A stretch of 62,596 bases of DNA, filler included, from Chiloscyllium plagiosum (lineage: Eukaryota), in NCBI RefSeq assembly GCF_004010195.1. It is 4 parts of one record of this genome, joined end to end, with 100 filler letters (N's around TTAATTAATTAA, not from the genome) between each part and the next. Parts side by side here need not be neighbours in the genome. Positions count along the whole stretch, not along the records: positions 59,630 to 62,596 come from NC_057717.1; 3 more parts are not named here. One strand, 5' to 3'. The first letter of the stretch is position 1. The number at the start of each line of letters is the position of its first letter. Shown in pieces: positions 60,206 through 62,596 of the stretch. A program made the position numbers and the translations under genes. The notes beneath the pieces were generated by a model, which saw nothing but the letters and a program-made list of their open reading frames with translations, was not told where the DNA came from and made no database searches.

Positions 60206-62596
60206 GAATGAATGCAGCAACAGGCTTCACCGAAACAGTCTGACAGTTTTGACCTTAAGTTATGCTACAAACTTCAATGGGTGATGACTAGTGCATAGAA
60301 TGGTCAATTTAGTCATACCAACACCAAGATCGATGTCTCTTTCTCAAATGTGGACTATTTCTGCTGATGAACGTTCAACGTTTTGGGGAAATAGCTATTA
60401 GGTTTTTCTATCTTCTCGTCTTCTTCCCGCAGGAGCACAGCACCGATACCCATATCACTGGAATTGATAGCCAAATTGAAAGACTTTGCGCAATCAGATG
60501 AAGCTAACATCGGGACAGTGGTCAACATCGTTTTCAGGAAGTCAAATGCCTTCTAACAATCTGCCATCGAATGAAACTTCATGCCTTTCTTTAGCAAATC
60601 GTCAGTCGAGCAGCCAAACTGCTAAAATCCGGAACAAACTTTCGCTAAAGTCAGTTCAATCCGAGTAAAAGAAGTACTACTTTGTCGATGGCATGGGGAA
60701 TTCCCCAATTACCTTTGTGTATCGCATCCTAGCCACCTGTCCGTGTCCAATACCGTAGCCCAGGAACTTGGGTGATGGCAAATTAATTTTCAGTTATGTT
60801 TATCATCAAACGGTATTTTCAAAGTTGATCGAACACATTCAATAAATGTGGGAAATGTTCCTAAAATGAGCGTCTAAAAATTAACAGGTCATCAATGTAT
60901 GCAACACAATTGGTTTAACCGGAAATGATATTACTGGTTAGTTTCTGAAATGTTCCTGGGGCATTTTTCGTACCAAAAGGTTAGTCTTTGAACTGATGCA
61001 GTGCATTCGGTTTTACAAAAGCCGAAATTGCCTTTACTTTTCTTACAAAGACACCTACCAGTCGCCTCTGAGCAAGTCCAAATTAAAAATTTATGTTGTT
61101 TCACCTCGGTTTTCAACACAGTCTTCCAAGAGCGGAATTGGATATGCATCAGTCTTTTTAACTGCATGGACGTTGCGATAGAACACACATGACAATTGGT
61201 AACATCTGATTTTGGCAACATCACTATTGCCGAGCTCTAGTCACCCGATTTCATTTCGATTACGTCGTCTTGGAGCATGTGCTCAATTTCCTTCTGAACC
61301 TGTACCAAGTATCATGCCCAGAAGAATATTGCTTAAGCGGAACAGCATCTTCTATATCTCCAACACGAATAATTCATTTATTAATTCGCTGTTTATTTCC
61401 ACATATCTCCCATTTTGATTGCAATATCTCTTTCAGGTCATTTAGATTTTACTCAAAAGGTAACTCAATGATTTATACCCATTTTTGGCAACTTCCCCAC
61501 TATCCAATTAAATTGGAGCAATGCCCAATTCCGTATCCCTTGAACGTGGTTCTTCCTTTTGTGCTGTACTTATTAACACCTTCGGCTCTTCCTTTCCTTT
61601 CCTGTCAAAATATCATTTGAGTATATTCCCATGACACACCCTGTGAGATTTCTTCAGTTCGGGAGTTCTTGTCAAGTAGTTGACCTCACTGAATTTCCTG
61701 TAAATTTGATAAGGTTCACTAAACATTACTTTGAAGGATTCACCAATTACTGGAAGTAACAGTGATACCTTATCCCCGATTGCAAAATTATATTTTCATT
61801 ATTTCTTGCGAACCACCTCTTTCATTGCATGCTGAGATTCTTTTATATGCTTTCTCGCCAACTCTCCAGATCGATTTAGTCATTCCCTAAAATTTGACTT
61901 TGTCCAAATGTGTCGTCACTGAATTCTGACTTACTGATTTTTCCTTAATGAATTTTAATTGTCTTCTCACTTCATGCCGACAAACTAATTCGAAAGGACT
62001 GAATTTGATCGATTGATTTTGTATATCTTTAATTGCAAAAAGAACAAACGGAATTCGCATATCCCAATGATGTGGTATTATTGACTTTAAGCCGTCAAAA
62101 TGGTCTTTAATATTTGATGCCTCCTTTCTAGCGGTTGCTGCGAGTCTGGATGTATGCAGTTGATTTTACTTGTTTCCATCTTAATCTGTCGATAAATTGC
62201 CTGAATAGTTTGGATGTGAAGTTTGAAACTTGTTCGTTCGTATCTACTGAAAAAAATGAATACTGCATCTCCAATCCAATTAGCTGTGATATTGTGGAAT
62301 GAGATGATCTCTGGAAATCTCATCGATACATCCATCATTGTTAACGAATAGTGATTCCCACTTTTTGTTTGGGATAGGGCCTATTCAATCAAATTAGACT
62401 ATTTGAAAGGTTCCTCAAAAGCAGGGATATGTATTAAAGGTGAAGTTTTATTACCGCCTGTGGTTTTACATTTACCTGACGTGAATGACACGTCTGGCAA
62501 AATTCAACAATATCCTTGTCCTCTCCAGGCTAGTAGTAATGTCTTTGTATATTATCCTGTACTTTCCTCACTCCCAAATGACCTCCAAGTGGTAGT
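60030..62596 (-). mobile_element. Decayed Ty3/gypsy pol with Gmr1-like INT-RT-RH order
   Basis: In reading order: integrase zinc finger GGHLGVRK...EFCQTCHS (~62590-62480); integrase core MDVSMRFPEII...HPDSQQPLERRHQILK...PFVLFA...FSPFELV (~62340-61980); RT SSAIVMLPKSD (~61240-61205) and CVAYIDDLLIF (YIDD at 60888-60899); RNase H region VGIGAVLL...STFEKE (~60450-60335). Confidence 0.85.

Overview
Eukaryotic, repeat-dominated genomic DNA, inferred to be shark (elasmobranch) from HE1 SINEs, CR1/HER1-type LINEs and a shark-type GPR139/GPR142-like class A GPCR. The only host-gene-like sequence is the GPCR terminal exon (1191-1913, minus). It appears to be a pseudogene: a frameshifting deletion removes ICL1-TM2-ECL1. 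The rest is repeats: minisatellites (40, 65 and 62-63 bp units), many decayed CR1 and L2 fragments, a 5'-complete but internally deleted L1 with a duplicated 5' end, two probable LTRs, five Penelope-derived insertions carrying hammerhead-ribozyme-like motifs, an ~18 kb satellite of ~10-bp modules (41.5-59.5 kb), and a decayed Gypsy-type pol with the Gmr1-like INT-RT-RH order. Several assembly gaps are present, three containing an artificial TTAATTAATTAA spacer, plus a gap-bounded 1.13 kb near-identical duplication. No CRISPR array, rRNA, true tRNA gene or intact protein-coding gene was found. Family names come from recognised motifs, not database searches, and boundaries of decayed elements are approximate.
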